From an uncultured Lachnospiraceae bacterium (GTDB lineage: Bacteria > Bacillota > Clostridia > Lachnospirales > Lachnospiraceae): a stretch of DNA of 64,000 nucleotides. Below the pieces are notes generated by a model, which saw nothing but the letters and a program-made list of their open reading frames with translations, did no database searches and had not been told where the DNA came from. The position numbers and the translations under genes were made by a program. The DNA is taken from contig CAJUDH010000004.1 of NCBI GenBank assembly GCA_910584845.1, positions 131,734 to 195,733 on the forward strand, given 5' to 3'. Positions 11,728-21,952 of this stretch are shown here, piece by piece (positions within the stretch are counted from its first letter, which is position 1; each line of letters starts with the position of its first letter).

Positions 11728-13740
11728 ATGCAGATAAACTTATGCATAAGATGCATGGGGGAAATGGAAGGGGACATATGCCCCCGTTGTGGTTTTTGCA
11801 TGGGCCAAGAAAAGCCCGCCCCCAGCGCTTTAAAGTGGTATACCATTTTGCATGGCAGATACCTGGTGGGAAAAACGTTGGGGCAGGGAAGCTTTGACAT
11901 TACGTATATCGGTTTTGACCTGCCTTTGAATACCAGGGTGGTAGTAAAAGAATATTTCCCATGGGAACATGCATCCCGGGACCCTGCCGGTTCCAATGAC
12001 GTCCGGTGGGATTTTTCTAAGGCAGGCCAGGAAGGGCGGGAGGCCGGGTGCGGCCATTTCCTGGAAGAAGCCCGGCGCATGGCCAAAATCGGCCCCCTCC
12101 CGGAGGTTGCCCGTGTATGGGATGCGTTCGCGGAAAATAACACGGCGTATCTTGTGATGGATTATGTGGATGGGGTTACGCTGAAAAATGCGGTATCCGG
12201 CAAGGGCCCTATGAAGGTTAAGGAATGCCTGGATATGATGGCGCCGCTGGCGAAAGCCCTGGAACGGATGCATAAAAAAGGGATGGTCCACCGGGATATT
12301 AACCCCAACAACATTATGGTGCTGCCGGATGGGGATGTCCGGCTGCTGGATTTTGGTGTTGCCAAAGGTTTTAGCCTTAGGGCAGGGGAGGAGCCCCGCC
12401 TTGTGGCCGCCCGGGCATTCAGCCCGGCTAAACAATATGGGGAAAGCGGCAATATAGGCCCTTGGACGGATGTATATGCCTTGTCCGCGACCTTATATTT
12501 TGCCCTCACAGGGAACCGGCCCCCAAATCCCATAAAGGGGAGGATGCAAGACGTTTTGGGGGAAAAGCCCGATAACAACACCGGCCTGACGGAAAACGTG
12601 CTCAGTGTGCTTAAAGCCGGGATGGCTTTGGAACCAGAGCAGAGGATCCAAACCGTGGAGGAGCTGTTTTCCCGTTTGCGGAAAGCATCCGGCCGGAAGG
12701 TTTTGGGAAACGGGGCCGGGAAAAAACTTGCCGTTGCTGTTTTGCCGGCCGCCTCCCTTTTGGTTGCGTTGGCCATAGGGGCGGCTTTTTGGAACCCGGC
12801 CGCCACTACATGGACAAAGGGCGGGGTTACCTATACGGGAATGAAAGCCGCCGGAAAAATAGAAGGGGGCGGCAGGGCTGTTTATGAGGACGGCAGGATA
12901 TACATAGGAGATTTCCGTAAAGGGGTAAAAGAAGGGGAGGGGACATGCCAATGGCCCAACGGCCGCAGGTATGAGGGGAGCTGGCTGGATGATAAAATGG
13001 ATGGCACAGGTACGATGACCTGGAAAAACGGGGATAAATACGAAGGGGGATTTAAAAACGGGAATATGGAGGGGGAAGGGGTCCTTTCTTATGCCCGGGG
13101 GGATGCGCTGGGCCGTGAAAAGTACAAAGGCGGCTGGCTTATGGATAAGAAAAGCGGCTACGGAGTTATGGTTTGGACCAACGGGGTGAAGTATGAAGGG
13201 GAGTACAAAGACGGCAGCAAAGAAGGGGACGGCATTATGGTTTGGCCCAACGGACAGAAGTACGAGGGCCAGTATAAAAACGACGTGCGGGAAGGGAAAG
13301 GCACGTTCTATTATGCAAAGGATGACGAAAACAACCGGGAGAAATACGAAGGGGAATGGTTAAAGGATAAAAGGCAAGGCACAGGGGTAATGCTTTGGAA
13401 AACAGGGGCAAAATACGAGGGGGAATATCACCATGACGTGATGGAAGGGGACGGGCGAATGACCTGGCCCAATGGGGAAACCTACCGGGGGCAGTTTATA
13501 GACGGCAAATACGAGGGGACCGGGGTCATGACATGGCCAGACGGGGGCAGATATGAGGGCGAGTTCCGGGACGGCAAGAGGGACGGGGTAGGGACTTATT
13601 ATTTCCCCGGGGACAATAAAAACGGTTATGTAAAATATGAAGGCTTTTGGAAGGACGGAAGCTATACGGGCTGCCAGGGGGTATTTTATTTCAAAGACGG
13701 TTCATCCAGGATATGGGAGGGTAATGGATTGCACCGTTAA
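11728..13740 (+). CDS. Zinc-ribbon + Ser/Thr (Hanks) kinase + TM + ~12 MORN repeats; kinase motifs partly degenerate
   Basis: CIRC...CPRC; GQGSFD, VVVKE, HRDINPNN, DFG, FSPAKQY, DVYAL; TM LAVAVLPAASLLVALAIGAAFW; repeated YEGEW.DGK.EG.G units. Confidence 0.88.
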   Translation: MQINLCIRCMGEMEGDICPRCGFCMGQEKPAPSALKWYTILHGRYLVGKTLGQGSFDITYIGFDLPLNTRVVVKEYFPWEHASRDPAGSNDVRWDFSKAGQEGREAGCGHFLEEARRMAKIGPLPEVARVWDAFAENNTAYLVMDYVDGVTLKNAVSGKGPMKVKECLDMMAPLAKALERMHKKGMVHRDINPNNIMVLPDGDVRLLDFGVAKGFSLRAGEEPRLVAARAFSPAKQYGESGNIGPWTDVYALSATLYFALTGNRPPNPIKGRMQDVLGEKPDNNTGLTENVLSVLKAGMALEPEQRIQTVEELFSRLRKASGRKVLGNGAGKKLAVAVLPAASLLVALAIGAAFWNPAATTWTKGGVTYTGMKAAGKIEGGGRAVYEDGRIYIGDFRKGVKEGEGTCQWPNGRRYEGSWLDDKMDGTGTMTWKNGDKYEGGFKNGNMEGEGVLSYARGDALGREKYKGGWLMDKKSGYGVMVWTNGVKYEGEYKDGSKEGDGIMVWPNGQKYEGQYKNDVREGKGTFYYAKDDENNREKYEGEWLKDKRQGTGVMLWKTGAKYEGEYHHDVMEGDGRMTWPNGETYRGQFIDGKYEGTGVMTWPDGGRYEGEFRDGKRDGVGTYYFPGDNKNGYVKYEGFWKDGSYTGCQGVFYFKDGSSRIWEGNGLHR

Positions 13741-13843
13741 TCCGCTTTCGGGAGAATCTAACGGACGTATTTGAAACCGGCAGGGGTCCGATGGCTACAG
13801 CATGTGGACGAACAGGACGGATGGTAATGGAGGTACAGGGAAT

Positions 13844-15439
13844 ATGCAGATAAACCTATGTGTCAATTGTATGGAGGAAATGGAAGGGGAGGTTTGCCCG
13901 CATTGCGGCTTTTGTCCCAGCCAGGAAATACAGATGCCCAATGCCCTGGAATGGAACACCATATTGCATGGACGGTATCTGATCGGCAGGATGTTAGGGC
14001 AAGGCGGTTTTGGCATTACTTATATCGGGCTTGACCTGCCCCTCAACGCAAAAGTGGCGGTAAAAGAATATTTTCCCATGGAACATGTGTCCAGGAATTG
14101 CTCTTATTCCAACAAGCTCCGGTGGGGGACCTCCATGGCAAGCCAGGAGCAATGGAAAAGGGGATGTGAAAATTTCCTGAAAGAAGCCCGGCAGATGGCC
14201 AAGATTGACGCCATCCCAGAGATTGTCCGTGTACGGGATACATTTACTGAGAACAATACGGCATATATTGTTATGGACTATGTGAAAGGGGCCACCTTAA
14301 AGGACGCCATCGAAGCCAAAGGCCCCATGAAAATGGAAGACTGCCTGAATATGCTGGAGCCCTTGGCTATGGCCCTGGAGCAGATGCATAGGAAAGGGAT
14401 GCTCCATCGTGACATTAGCCCGGATAATATTATGATCCTTCCGAACCAGAAAGTTAAATTGCTGGACTTTGGGGCAGCGAAAGATTTTACCATGGATGGC
14501 AGCGAAAATTCCCAGCTGGTGGCAAAACGGGGGTTTAGCCCGGTGGAACAATACTATACCGACGGGAATATCGGGCCATGGACCGACGTTTATGCTTTGA
14601 CGGCCACCATTTATTATGCGGTGTCCGGCAAGCGGGTCCCGGAATCCCTGGACCGGATGGCACAGGATACCCTGGCGATTCCGCTAAACCCCCAGTATGG
14701 CCTGACAAAAAAGGTAGTTGAGGTACTGCGAAGGGGGCTGGCGCTGAAAACAGGGGCGAGGATCCAGTCGGTAGGCGAGCTGTTTACCCGCCTAAGGAAT
14801 GCGTCTTCACCAGATAAACCCCTGGCAAGGATCTTAAGCAGCGCAGCTTTGATTGGCTTGGCTTCCACAGGGGCTTTCCTCCTTATGTGCTTCCTGGTTG
14901 GCTGGCTTATGGTCCGGGACACCACCCAGACATGGACAGAGGGCAGCATAACCTTTGTGGGCAATCGGGAGGACGGGAAGATTGAGGGGAGGGGAGAGGC
15001 AATTTACGCAGACGGAAGCCGTTATGAAGGGATGTTCCGCCAGGGGAAGAGGGAAGGGGAAGGCGTTTTGTTTTATCCGGAAGATGACGAGCTTGACCGG
15101 GTAAAATATGACGGGGAGTGGGATAATGACACCATAAACGGTTCGGGTACCATGTCCTGGTCAGACGGGGACCGATATGAAGGGGATTGGCAAAACGGCT
15201 ACCGGCATGGTACCGGCACTTATTTCTGGCAAGACGGAAGCCGGTATGAAGGAGAGTGGCAAAAGGGTTCCGAACATGGCACAGGCACCTACTATTATCC
15301 GGAAGATGACGAAAACGGACGCTTAAAGTATGTGGGGGAATGGGTAGACGGGGATAATGCAGACGGTTATGGCATGTTATATTATAAAGACGGCAGGACT
15401 GCGGTTGGCACATGGAAAGATAACCGGCTGCAGGAATGA
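13844..15439 (+). CDS. Zinc-ribbon + Ser/Thr (Hanks) kinase + TM + ~6 MORN repeats
   Basis: CVNC...CPHC; GQGGFG, VAVKE, HRDISPDN, DFG, FSPVEQY, DVYAL; TM; MORN units YEGDWQNGYRHGTG. Confidence 0.9.
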   Translation: MQINLCVNCMEEMEGEVCPHCGFCPSQEIQMPNALEWNTILHGRYLIGRMLGQGGFGITYIGLDLPLNAKVAVKEYFPMEHVSRNCSYSNKLRWGTSMASQEQWKRGCENFLKEARQMAKIDAIPEIVRVRDTFTENNTAYIVMDYVKGATLKDAIEAKGPMKMEDCLNMLEPLAMALEQMHRKGMLHRDISPDNIMILPNQKVKLLDFGAAKDFTMDGSENSQLVAKRGFSPVEQYYTDGNIGPWTDVYALTATIYYAVSGKRVPESLDRMAQDTLAIPLNPQYGLTKKVVEVLRRGLALKTGARIQSVGELFTRLRNASSPDKPLARILSSAALIGLASTGAFLLMCFLVGWLMVRDTTQTWTEGSITFVGNREDGKIEGRGEAIYADGSRYEGMFRQGKREGEGVLFYPEDDELDRVKYDGEWDNDTINGSGTMSWSDGDRYEGDWQNGYRHGTGTYFWQDGSRYEGEWQKGSEHGTGTYYYPEDDENGRLKYVGEWVDGDNADGYGMLYYKDGRTAVGTWKDNRLQE

Positions 15440-15618
15440 CCGGAGAGGGGAGGGAGGCAAAAAACGGCGGTGGAAAAGGGGGCTGCTTTTTTTGAAAGGA
15501 GAAACCGGAAAATGGTGCGGGTGTAAGTTTCCGGACAAATAAGGTACACCGGCGGATGTTTCACGGCCCTGATACATAAACACATAGAAAATATCACAAG
15601 ATAGAAAGGGATAAGACA

Positions 15619-16797
15619 ATGGATGAGATGGAATTAAAGTATGGCTGCAACCCGAATCAGAAACCGGCAAAGATTTTTATGGAAGAGGGGAAGGGGCTGC
15701 CGATTTGCGTGCTATGCGGCAGGCCAGGGTACATCAACCTTTTGGACGCCCTTAATGGCTGGCAGCTGGTAAGGGAACTGAAAAAGGCAACGGGCCTTCC
15801 GGCGGCGGCTTCTTTTAAACATGTATCCCCCGCAGGCGTGGCGGTAGGCCTGCCCCTTACCAAAACCCTGGCCAAAATCTACTGGGTGGACGATATGGGG
15901 GATTTGTCCCCCTTAGCCAGCGCCTATGCCCGCGCCAGGGGGGCGGACCGGATGTCCTCTTTTGGCGATTTTATTTCCTTGTCCGACCGGTGCGACGCGG
16001 ATACGGCCAGGCTGATTAAACGGGAGGTGTCCGACGGCGTGATTGCCCCCGGGTACGAGCCGGAGGCGTTGGAAATCCTTAAGTCCAAAAAGAACGGCAA
16101 TTACTGCGTGGTCGAGGTGGATGAAAGCTACGAGCCGGGGCCCATTGAGCGCAAGCAGGTGTTTGGCGTGGTGTTTGAACAGGGGCGCAATAGCCTGGAA
16201 ATCAACGAAGGTTTGCTGGTGAATGTAGTAACGGACAATAAAGAGCTTCCCGGGGATGCCAAAACGGACTTGCTGATTTCCTTGATTACTTTAAAATATA
16301 CCCAGTCCAATTCGGTCTGCTACGCGAAAGGCGGACAGGCCATCGGCATTGGCGCCGGCCAGCAGTCCCGGGTACATTGTACCAGGCTTGCCGGCCAGAA
16401 GGCGGACAACTGGTTTTTACGCCAGTCCCCACAGGTGCTTGATTTGCCGTTTGTGGACGGCATCCGCCGTGCGGACCGGGATAATGCCATTGATGTGTAT
16501 ATTGGCGAAGAGTATGAAGACGTGCTGGCGGAAGGCGCCTGGCAAAAGATTTTCCGGGTAAAGCCCCCGGTATTTAGCCGGGAAGGAAAAAGGGCATGGC
16601 TGGATCAAATGAAGGAGGTTGCTTTGGGGTCCGATGCGTTTTTCCCCTTTGGGGACAATATTGACCGGGCTTATAAAAGCGGGGTCAAGTATATCGCCCA
16701 GCCGGGAGGCTCCGTGCGGGATGACCATGTAATCCAGACTTGCAATAAGTATGGGATGGTTATGGCCTTTACCGGCATCCGGCTGTTCCACCATTAA
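15619..16797 (+). CDS. purH: AICAR transformylase (PurH without the IMP cyclohydrolase domain)
   Basis: LKYGCNPNQ, SFKHVSPAG, KYTQSNSV, GQQSRVHC, SDAFFPF, QPGGS, RLFHH; only 392 aa. Confidence 0.92.
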   Translation: MDEMELKYGCNPNQKPAKIFMEEGKGLPICVLCGRPGYINLLDALNGWQLVRELKKATGLPAAASFKHVSPAGVAVGLPLTKTLAKIYWVDDMGDLSPLASAYARARGADRMSSFGDFISLSDRCDADTARLIKREVSDGVIAPGYEPEALEILKSKKNGNYCVVEVDESYEPGPIERKQVFGVVFEQGRNSLEINEGLLVNVVTDNKELPGDAKTDLLISLITLKYTQSNSVCYAKGGQAIGIGAGQQSRVHCTRLAGQKADNWFLRQSPQVLDLPFVDGIRRADRDNAIDVYIGEEYEDVLAEGAWQKIFRVKPPVFSREGKRAWLDQMKEVALGSDAFFPFGDNIDRAYKSGVKYIAQPGGSVRDDHVIQTCNKYGMVMAFTGIRLFHH

Positions 16798-16850
16798 TTT
16801 TACCGGCATGGCACGCAATGTTGTGGGACGCGCACAGAATGGAGGAAAAT

Positions 16851-17942
16851 ATGAACCAAAATCCGTTTCAGAACCTTTTTGGGAACCGGCGTGGAAGGAT
16901 GGGCCCGGGGCCGGAGAGGTTTGATTCCAACGGGAACCCAGTAAGGAAGAAATTACCGGTTAAGGGGTTGAAAGCCTTCCTGGTTTTTCTGCTGCTGGCT
17001 TTCTTGGGGCTGAATTCTTATTACATGCTGGATGAGGAATATTATGCCGTGGTGGTGACTTTGGGAAGCGCCCAGTCCGTGACGGAGGCAGGGCTCCATT
17101 TTAAGGTCCCGCTAATCCAGCGTGTCCGTTTTGTATCCAAAGGGATTAAGGGCATGCCTATTGGCTACACGACCGATACAGGGGAATCCATTGATGAGGA
17201 ATCGGTGATGATTACCAAGGATTTTAATTTTGTCAATACGGACTTTTATCTGGAATATATGGTCAGTGACCCGGTGAAATACCTGTATGCGTCGGCAGAC
17301 CCGGAAGGGACCTTGAAAATGCTGGCCCAATCTTATATCCGCGATACCGTGGGCATTTATAATGTGGACGACGTAATCACCACAGGGAAGGCGGCTATCC
17401 AGTCGGAGATCAAGGAGAAGATGACCAACCGGATGATCGCGGAGGATATTGGGTTGTCTGTGGTCAATATTACAATACAGGACGCGTTCCCGCCTACTAC
17501 GGAAGTGATGAATGCTTTTAAAAATGTGGAAAACGCCAAGCAAGGCAAAGAGACGGCGATTAACAATGCCAATAAGGACAGGAACGAAAAGATCCCTCAG
17601 GCAGAGGCGGAATGTGACCAGATCATCAAAATCGCCGAGGCGGAAAAGGAAGCCCGGATTAATGAAGCCAACGGCCAAGTATCCCGTTTTGAGCAGATGT
17701 ACGCCGAGTACAGCAAATATCCGCTGATTACCAGGCAGAGGATGTTTTATGAAAGTATGGAAGATTTGCTTCCGGGGATGAAAGTCTATATTGTGGATGA
17801 GGACGGCACCCAGAAACTGCTGCCTTTGGACAGTTTCCAAGCCCCTGCACCGGGGCCGGAAACCCCTCCAGATGCAGCAGCCGGCGAAACACAGGGGCAA
17901 GGGGAAGGCGTCGGTCCACATAGCGGGGAGGGGACGGAATGA
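16851..17942 (+). CDS. hflK: FtsH protease modulator HflK (SPFH family)
   Basis: TM, GLHFKVP, SPFH domain, IPQAEAE and EANG...RFE coiled region; overlaps hflC. Confidence 0.85.
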   Translation: MNQNPFQNLFGNRRGRMGPGPERFDSNGNPVRKKLPVKGLKAFLVFLLLAFLGLNSYYMLDEEYYAVVVTLGSAQSVTEAGLHFKVPLIQRVRFVSKGIKGMPIGYTTDTGESIDEESVMITKDFNFVNTDFYLEYMVSDPVKYLYASADPEGTLKMLAQSYIRDTVGIYNVDDVITTGKAAIQSEIKEKMTNRMIAEDIGLSVVNITIQDAFPPTTEVMNAFKNVENAKQGKETAINNANKDRNEKIPQAEAECDQIIKIAEAEKEARINEANGQVSRFEQMYAEYSKYPLITRQRMFYESMEDLLPGMKVYIVDEDGTQKLLPLDSFQAPAPGPETPPDAAAGETQGQGEGVGPHSGEGTE

Positions 17943-18808
17943 AAACCATGAAAAAAATAATAGGGATGGCAGCAGGCATATTTTTGCTAATGGCGTTTTT
18001 TTCTTCCTTGGTGGTTACTTACCCTAACGAATATAAGCTGATCCGCCAATTTGGGGAGATTGTAAAAGTGGTGGACGCTCCGGGGGTATCGTTCCAGATC
18101 CCGTTTATCCAGGCCAGCACTTCTTTGCCTAAGGAACTTCAGCTTTATGACATCCCCAAATCAGATGTAATCACCAAGGATAAGAAAAGCATGATTGCGG
18201 ATGCCTTTGTACTGTGGAAAATTTCAGACCCGGTACTGTTTACCCGGCATTTAAACGGCCAGGTGGCCCAGGCCCAGTCCCGCATATCCGCTTCGGTTTT
18301 TTCTTCCATGAAATCGGTGATTTCCAATATGGACCAGGCGGAGATTATCGAAAACCGGGACGGCAAGCTGGCGTTGGATATCCGGGCCAATATCGGCGAT
18401 TCCCTTAACGGGTATGGGATCCAGGTGCTGGCAGTGGAAACAAAGTCCTTGGATATGCCGGATGACAACAAGCAGGCCGTCTATGAGAGGATGATCTCCG
18501 AAAGGAACAACATTGCGGCGTCTTTCACGGCCCAGGGAAATTCTTCTGCCCAGAAAATTAAAAACGATACCGCCAAAGAAGTGTCTGTCATGAAATCCCA
18601 GGCCTTGGCCGAGGCGGAAAAAATCAAAGCAGAAGGCGAAGCCCAGTATATGCAGATCCTTTCCAATGCCTACAATGACGCCAGCAAGGCAGATTTCTAT
18701 AATTTCGTCCGCTCCCTGGACGCGGCCAGGGTGGCGCTCAAAAATGGTAATAACACGTTGATTTTAGACAAAGGCTCCCCTATGGCGCAGATATTTTACG
18801 GATATTAA
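17939..18808 (+). CDS. hflC: FtsH protease modulator HflC
   Basis: WKISDP, VYERMISER, EGEA, FYNFVRSL. Confidence 0.87.
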   Translation: MKTMKKIIGMAAGIFLLMAFFSSLVVTYPNEYKLIRQFGEIVKVVDAPGVSFQIPFIQASTSLPKELQLYDIPKSDVITKDKKSMIADAFVLWKISDPVLFTRHLNGQVAQAQSRISASVFSSMKSVISNMDQAEIIENRDGKLALDIRANIGDSLNGYGIQVLAVETKSLDMPDDNKQAVYERMISERNNIAASFTAQGNSSAQKIKNDTAKEVSVMKSQALAEAEKIKAEGEAQYMQILSNAYNDASKADFYNFVRSLDAARVALKNGNNTLILDKGSPMAQIFYGY

Positions 18809-18868
18809 ACCGGGAAGGGATGCTGCCGGAAAGCTTTGGCTATTCTAAGGCGTCCCCTATAGCCGAAA

Positions 18869-18907
18869 AAAGGCACACACGTTGGCTGTGAAAACGTGTG
18901 TGCCTTT
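18869..18907. terminator. Bidirectional terminator between hflC and arcC
   Basis: AAAGGCACACACGTT...AACGTGTGTGCCTTT inverted repeat with A/T flanks. Confidence 0.7.
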
Positions 18908-18958
18908 CTTGGCCATAGGAAGGGTACTACGGCAACCGAAACCTTCCCGGCCGGATTT

Positions 18959-19891
18959 TTACCGGATCAGGGTCCCGGCCCTCCCTTCGATGCTGTCTTG
19001 CGCTTTTTCCAGGGAGGTAATAATGGCCCGGCGCCCCTCCCCCGCTTTGATAAAAGAAATGGCGGCGTCAACCTTGGGCAGCATGGAGGCAAATTCAAAA
19101 TGCCCCTGGCAAATGTACGTTTCAGCTTCGGCCGTGGTCATGTGGTGGATGGGCTTTTCCTGGGGGGTACCATAATCCAGGGTAACGTTATCTACACTTG
19201 TGAGGATCATAAGCACGTCTGCGTCTACTTCCCTTGCCAGCAGGCCGGCAACCAGGTCTTTTTCAATAATGGCGCTGGCCCCTTTGAGGCGGGGCCCCTG
19301 TTCCAGCACAGGGATACCGCCTCCGCCACAGCAGATAACGGCCTGGCCTGCATCCAGCAATGCCCGGATGGCGTCGGCCTCCACGATGGAAACCGGCCTG
19401 GGGGCGGCGACGGCCCGTTGCCAGCCTTTACCGGGGATTTCTGCCACATAATTCCCTTTGGCTTCTTCCTCGAGGGCTTCTTCCCTGTCCATAAAACGGC
19501 CGATCTTTTTAACCGGGGTGTAAAAGGAGTCATCATAGGGATTTACCGTTACCTGGGTCAGGATGGTGGAAACCGGCTTATAAATGCCCCTTTGTACCAG
19601 CTCGGACCGGATACCGTTTTGCAGGTCATATCCGATATACCCTTGGCTCATGGCAGAACAGACGGACATGGGGGCGGCGGTATACCCTGCATGCCGGCGG
19701 GAAAACTCATTCATGGCGGTGTGGATCATGCCGACTTGTGGGGCGTTGCCGTGGGTCACGGACACTTGCCATCCGTTTTGGATGAAGCCGGCGATTACTT
19801 TGGCCGTACCGGCGACGGCAGTCTTCTGTTCGGGAAGGCTGGTCCCCAGGGCGTTATGCCCCAAGGCCATGACAATTCGTTTCTTAGCCAT
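18959..19891 (-). CDS. arcC: Carbamate kinase
   Basis: VMALGHNAL, THGNAPQVG, CCGGGGIPV, IEKDL, SMLPKV. Confidence 0.92.
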   Translation of the reverse strand: MAKKRIVMALGHNALGTSLPEQKTAVAGTAKVIAGFIQNGWQVSVTHGNAPQVGMIHTAMNEFSRRHAGYTAAPMSVCSAMSQGYIGYDLQNGIRSELVQRGIYKPVSTILTQVTVNPYDDSFYTPVKKIGRFMDREEALEEEAKGNYVAEIPGKGWQRAVAAPRPVSIVEADAIRALLDAGQAVICCGGGGIPVLEQGPRLKGASAIIEKDLVAGLLAREVDADVLMILTSVDNVTLDYGTPQEKPIHHMTTAEAETYICQGHFEFASMLPKVDAAISFIKAGEGRRAIITSLEKAQDSIEGRAGTLIR

Positions 19892-20081
19892 CTTTTCCTC
19901 CGTTCTGTGCGTGTTTTACAGCACAAACCTGTTTTCCGATTCAGGCATATTTTTGAAACTATTATAGGGTTCCTACTGGAAAAAAGCAACCAGTTTGTGC
20001 TATACTGGTAACGCAGAAAAATCATGGCTGCTTCCTGCCAAAAGGGCAGCAAACGGCAGCCCTGCAATAGGGGGATACTTT

Positions 20082-20900
20082 ATGAGGGGACGGATCAAGG
20101 GGCTATGGCCCCTCCTGTGGCAAATGGTGTATCCTTTGCTGGTTTATGTGGCTGTGGTAGAGCTGGTATTTGCCGCATGGGGTATCCTGGCCGGCCAGGC
20201 CACGGAAAGCCAAGCCCTGCCTTTGACCGCCCTTGGGGCCGCTTTGGCCATGTTCCCTTTAGGCAGCGATTACCGGATGGTCCGGCGCAGGAACGGCCCT
20301 TGCGGCAATGCGGCCCCTTCAGGCAGGCGAAAGGGGCAGATGGGGGGGCGGTCCGTTTTACGGGTTTTCTTTTTCGCCGTGGGCGCCTGCTTACTGTTCA
20401 ACAGCCTGTTATGGTTCCTCCCTTGTTGGGAAGGGGGCTACCAAAAGGTGGGCCGTACGTTGCAAGGCCCTTCCTTTGGGGTTCAATTGGCCTGTATAGG
20501 AATTGTGATCCCGGCGGCGGAGGAATTGATATTCCGCGGGCTGGGCTATTACCGGCTACGGCAGGAAATGACGGTTAAGGCGTCGGCTGCCTTGACTGCC
20601 GGCTGTTTCGCCTTATTTCACGGCAACTTGCTTCAAGGCGTGTATGCGGCTTTGCTGGGCCTTTTCCTGGCTATGCTTTATGAGGTTTATGACAGCCTGT
20701 GGGCCTGCTGGCTGTTCCATGGGGCGGCCAACTTGGCGTCCCTTACCTTGTCCCGGTTTTTGACGGCAAAAGGGCCCGGGCTATGGCAGATGGCCGGGGG
20801 CATAGCCTTTGGCGGGGCGCTGTTTTTTACCATGGGAAACAAGATAATAAGAGAGGGGAAAGAACGTGAAACTATTAACCATAACCATACCTTGCTATAA
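20082..20900 (+). CDS. CPBP family (CAAX/Abi) intramembrane metalloprotease
   Basis: EELIFRG, FALFH, HGAAN motifs; multiple TMs. Confidence 0.88.
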   Translation: MRGRIKGLWPLLWQMVYPLLVYVAVVELVFAAWGILAGQATESQALPLTALGAALAMFPLGSDYRMVRRRNGPCGNAAPSGRRKGQMGGRSVLRVFFFAVGACLLFNSLLWFLPCWEGGYQKVGRTLQGPSFGVQLACIGIVIPAAEELIFRGLGYYRLRQEMTVKASAALTAGCFALFHGNLLQGVYAALLGLFLAMLYEVYDSLWACWLFHGAANLASLTLSRFLTAKGPGLWQMAGGIAFGGALFFTMGNKIIREGKERETINHNHTLL

Positions 20901-21885
20901 CTCGGAAGCTTATATGCGCAACTGCATTGATTCCCTGCTCCCCGGTGGGGACGAGGTGGAAATCCTGATTGTGGATGACGGGTCCACGAAAGACAATACG
21001 GCAAAAATCGCCGACGAATATGAAAAAAATTACCCTGGGGTCTGCCGTGCCATCCATCAGGAGAACGGGGGCCACGGGGAGGCGGTGAATGCGGGGCTGC
21101 GGGAGGCAACAGGGATTTATTTTAAAGTGGTGGACAGTGACGACTGGGTCAATGGCGAGGCTTACCAGGAAGTGCTGGAGGTGTTGCGCCGGTTTGTTTA
21201 CGGGGACGAGACTTTGGACATGCTGGTAACAAATTTTGTCTATGAAAAACAAGGGGCTAAACATAAACGGGTGATGCAGTACCGGACTGCTTTGCCCAAA
21301 CGGGAACTGATTACCTGGGATCAGGTGAAAGTATTTATTTTAGGGCAGTATATCCTGATGCATTCCGTGGTTTACCGGACGGAAATGCTGCGGGGCTGCG
21401 GGCTTAACTTGCCCAAACATACTTTTTATGTAGACAATATTTTTGTTTATCAGCCCCTTCCCTATGTAAAGACGTTGTATTATCTGGATGTGAATTTTTA
21501 CCGGTATTTTATAGGCAGGGCAGACCAGTCGGTAAACGAACAGGTGATGATCGGCCGGATTGACCAGCAGATCCTGGTAACGAAACATATGTTGGAATGT
21601 TGTGACTTGGCGAAAGTAGGCAGCCGGAAGCTCCGCCATTACATGGTGAGGTATTTGGAGATTATGATGACCATTTCTTCTATTCTAGCCATCCGGTCGG
21701 GGACGGAGGAGAACATGGCCAAAAAGAAGGAATTGTGGCAATATCTTAGAAAGGCAAACCTGGCCTTGTTTTTACGCCTCCGGTGGGGCTTTTTGGGCCA
21801 AAGCATGAACCTTCCGGGAAAAAGCGGCCGGAGCGTGTCGGTTGCTGCCTATAAAATCAGCCAGAAATTTTACGGGTTTAATTGA
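20866..21885 (+). CDS. Glycosyltransferase family 2
   Basis: TIPCYNSE, IVDDGS, NGGHG, VDSDD; GTG start. Confidence 0.9.
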   Translation: MKLLTITIPCYNSEAYMRNCIDSLLPGGDEVEILIVDDGSTKDNTAKIADEYEKNYPGVCRAIHQENGGHGEAVNAGLREATGIYFKVVDSDDWVNGEAYQEVLEVLRRFVYGDETLDMLVTNFVYEKQGAKHKRVMQYRTALPKRELITWDQVKVFILGQYILMHSVVYRTEMLRGCGLNLPKHTFYVDNIFVYQPLPYVKTLYYLDVNFYRYFIGRADQSVNEQVMIGRIDQQILVTKHMLECCDLAKVGSRKLRHYMVRYLEIMMTISSILAIRSGTEENMAKKKELWQYLRKANLALFLRLRWGFLGQSMNLPGKSGRSVSVAAYKISQKFYGFN

Positions 21886-21952
21886 CCGGGAAGGCATGGG
21901 GTGCCGGGCAGGGGATCAATATTTTTAGCTTTAAGGAGTGGAAGGAAGGCAA

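Noticed and set aside
12830..15430. CRISPR-like periodicity in the MORN regions (and the LRR region)
   Set aside because: Degenerate protein-coding repeats, not identical repeats with spacers; no cas genes
10923..16797. Split purO/purH as a novelty in itself
   Set aside because: A known arrangement in Clostridia; only the kinase insertion is reported
18896..20011. 371-aa plus-strand ORF
   Set aside because: Antisense shadow of arcC; no motifs or RBS
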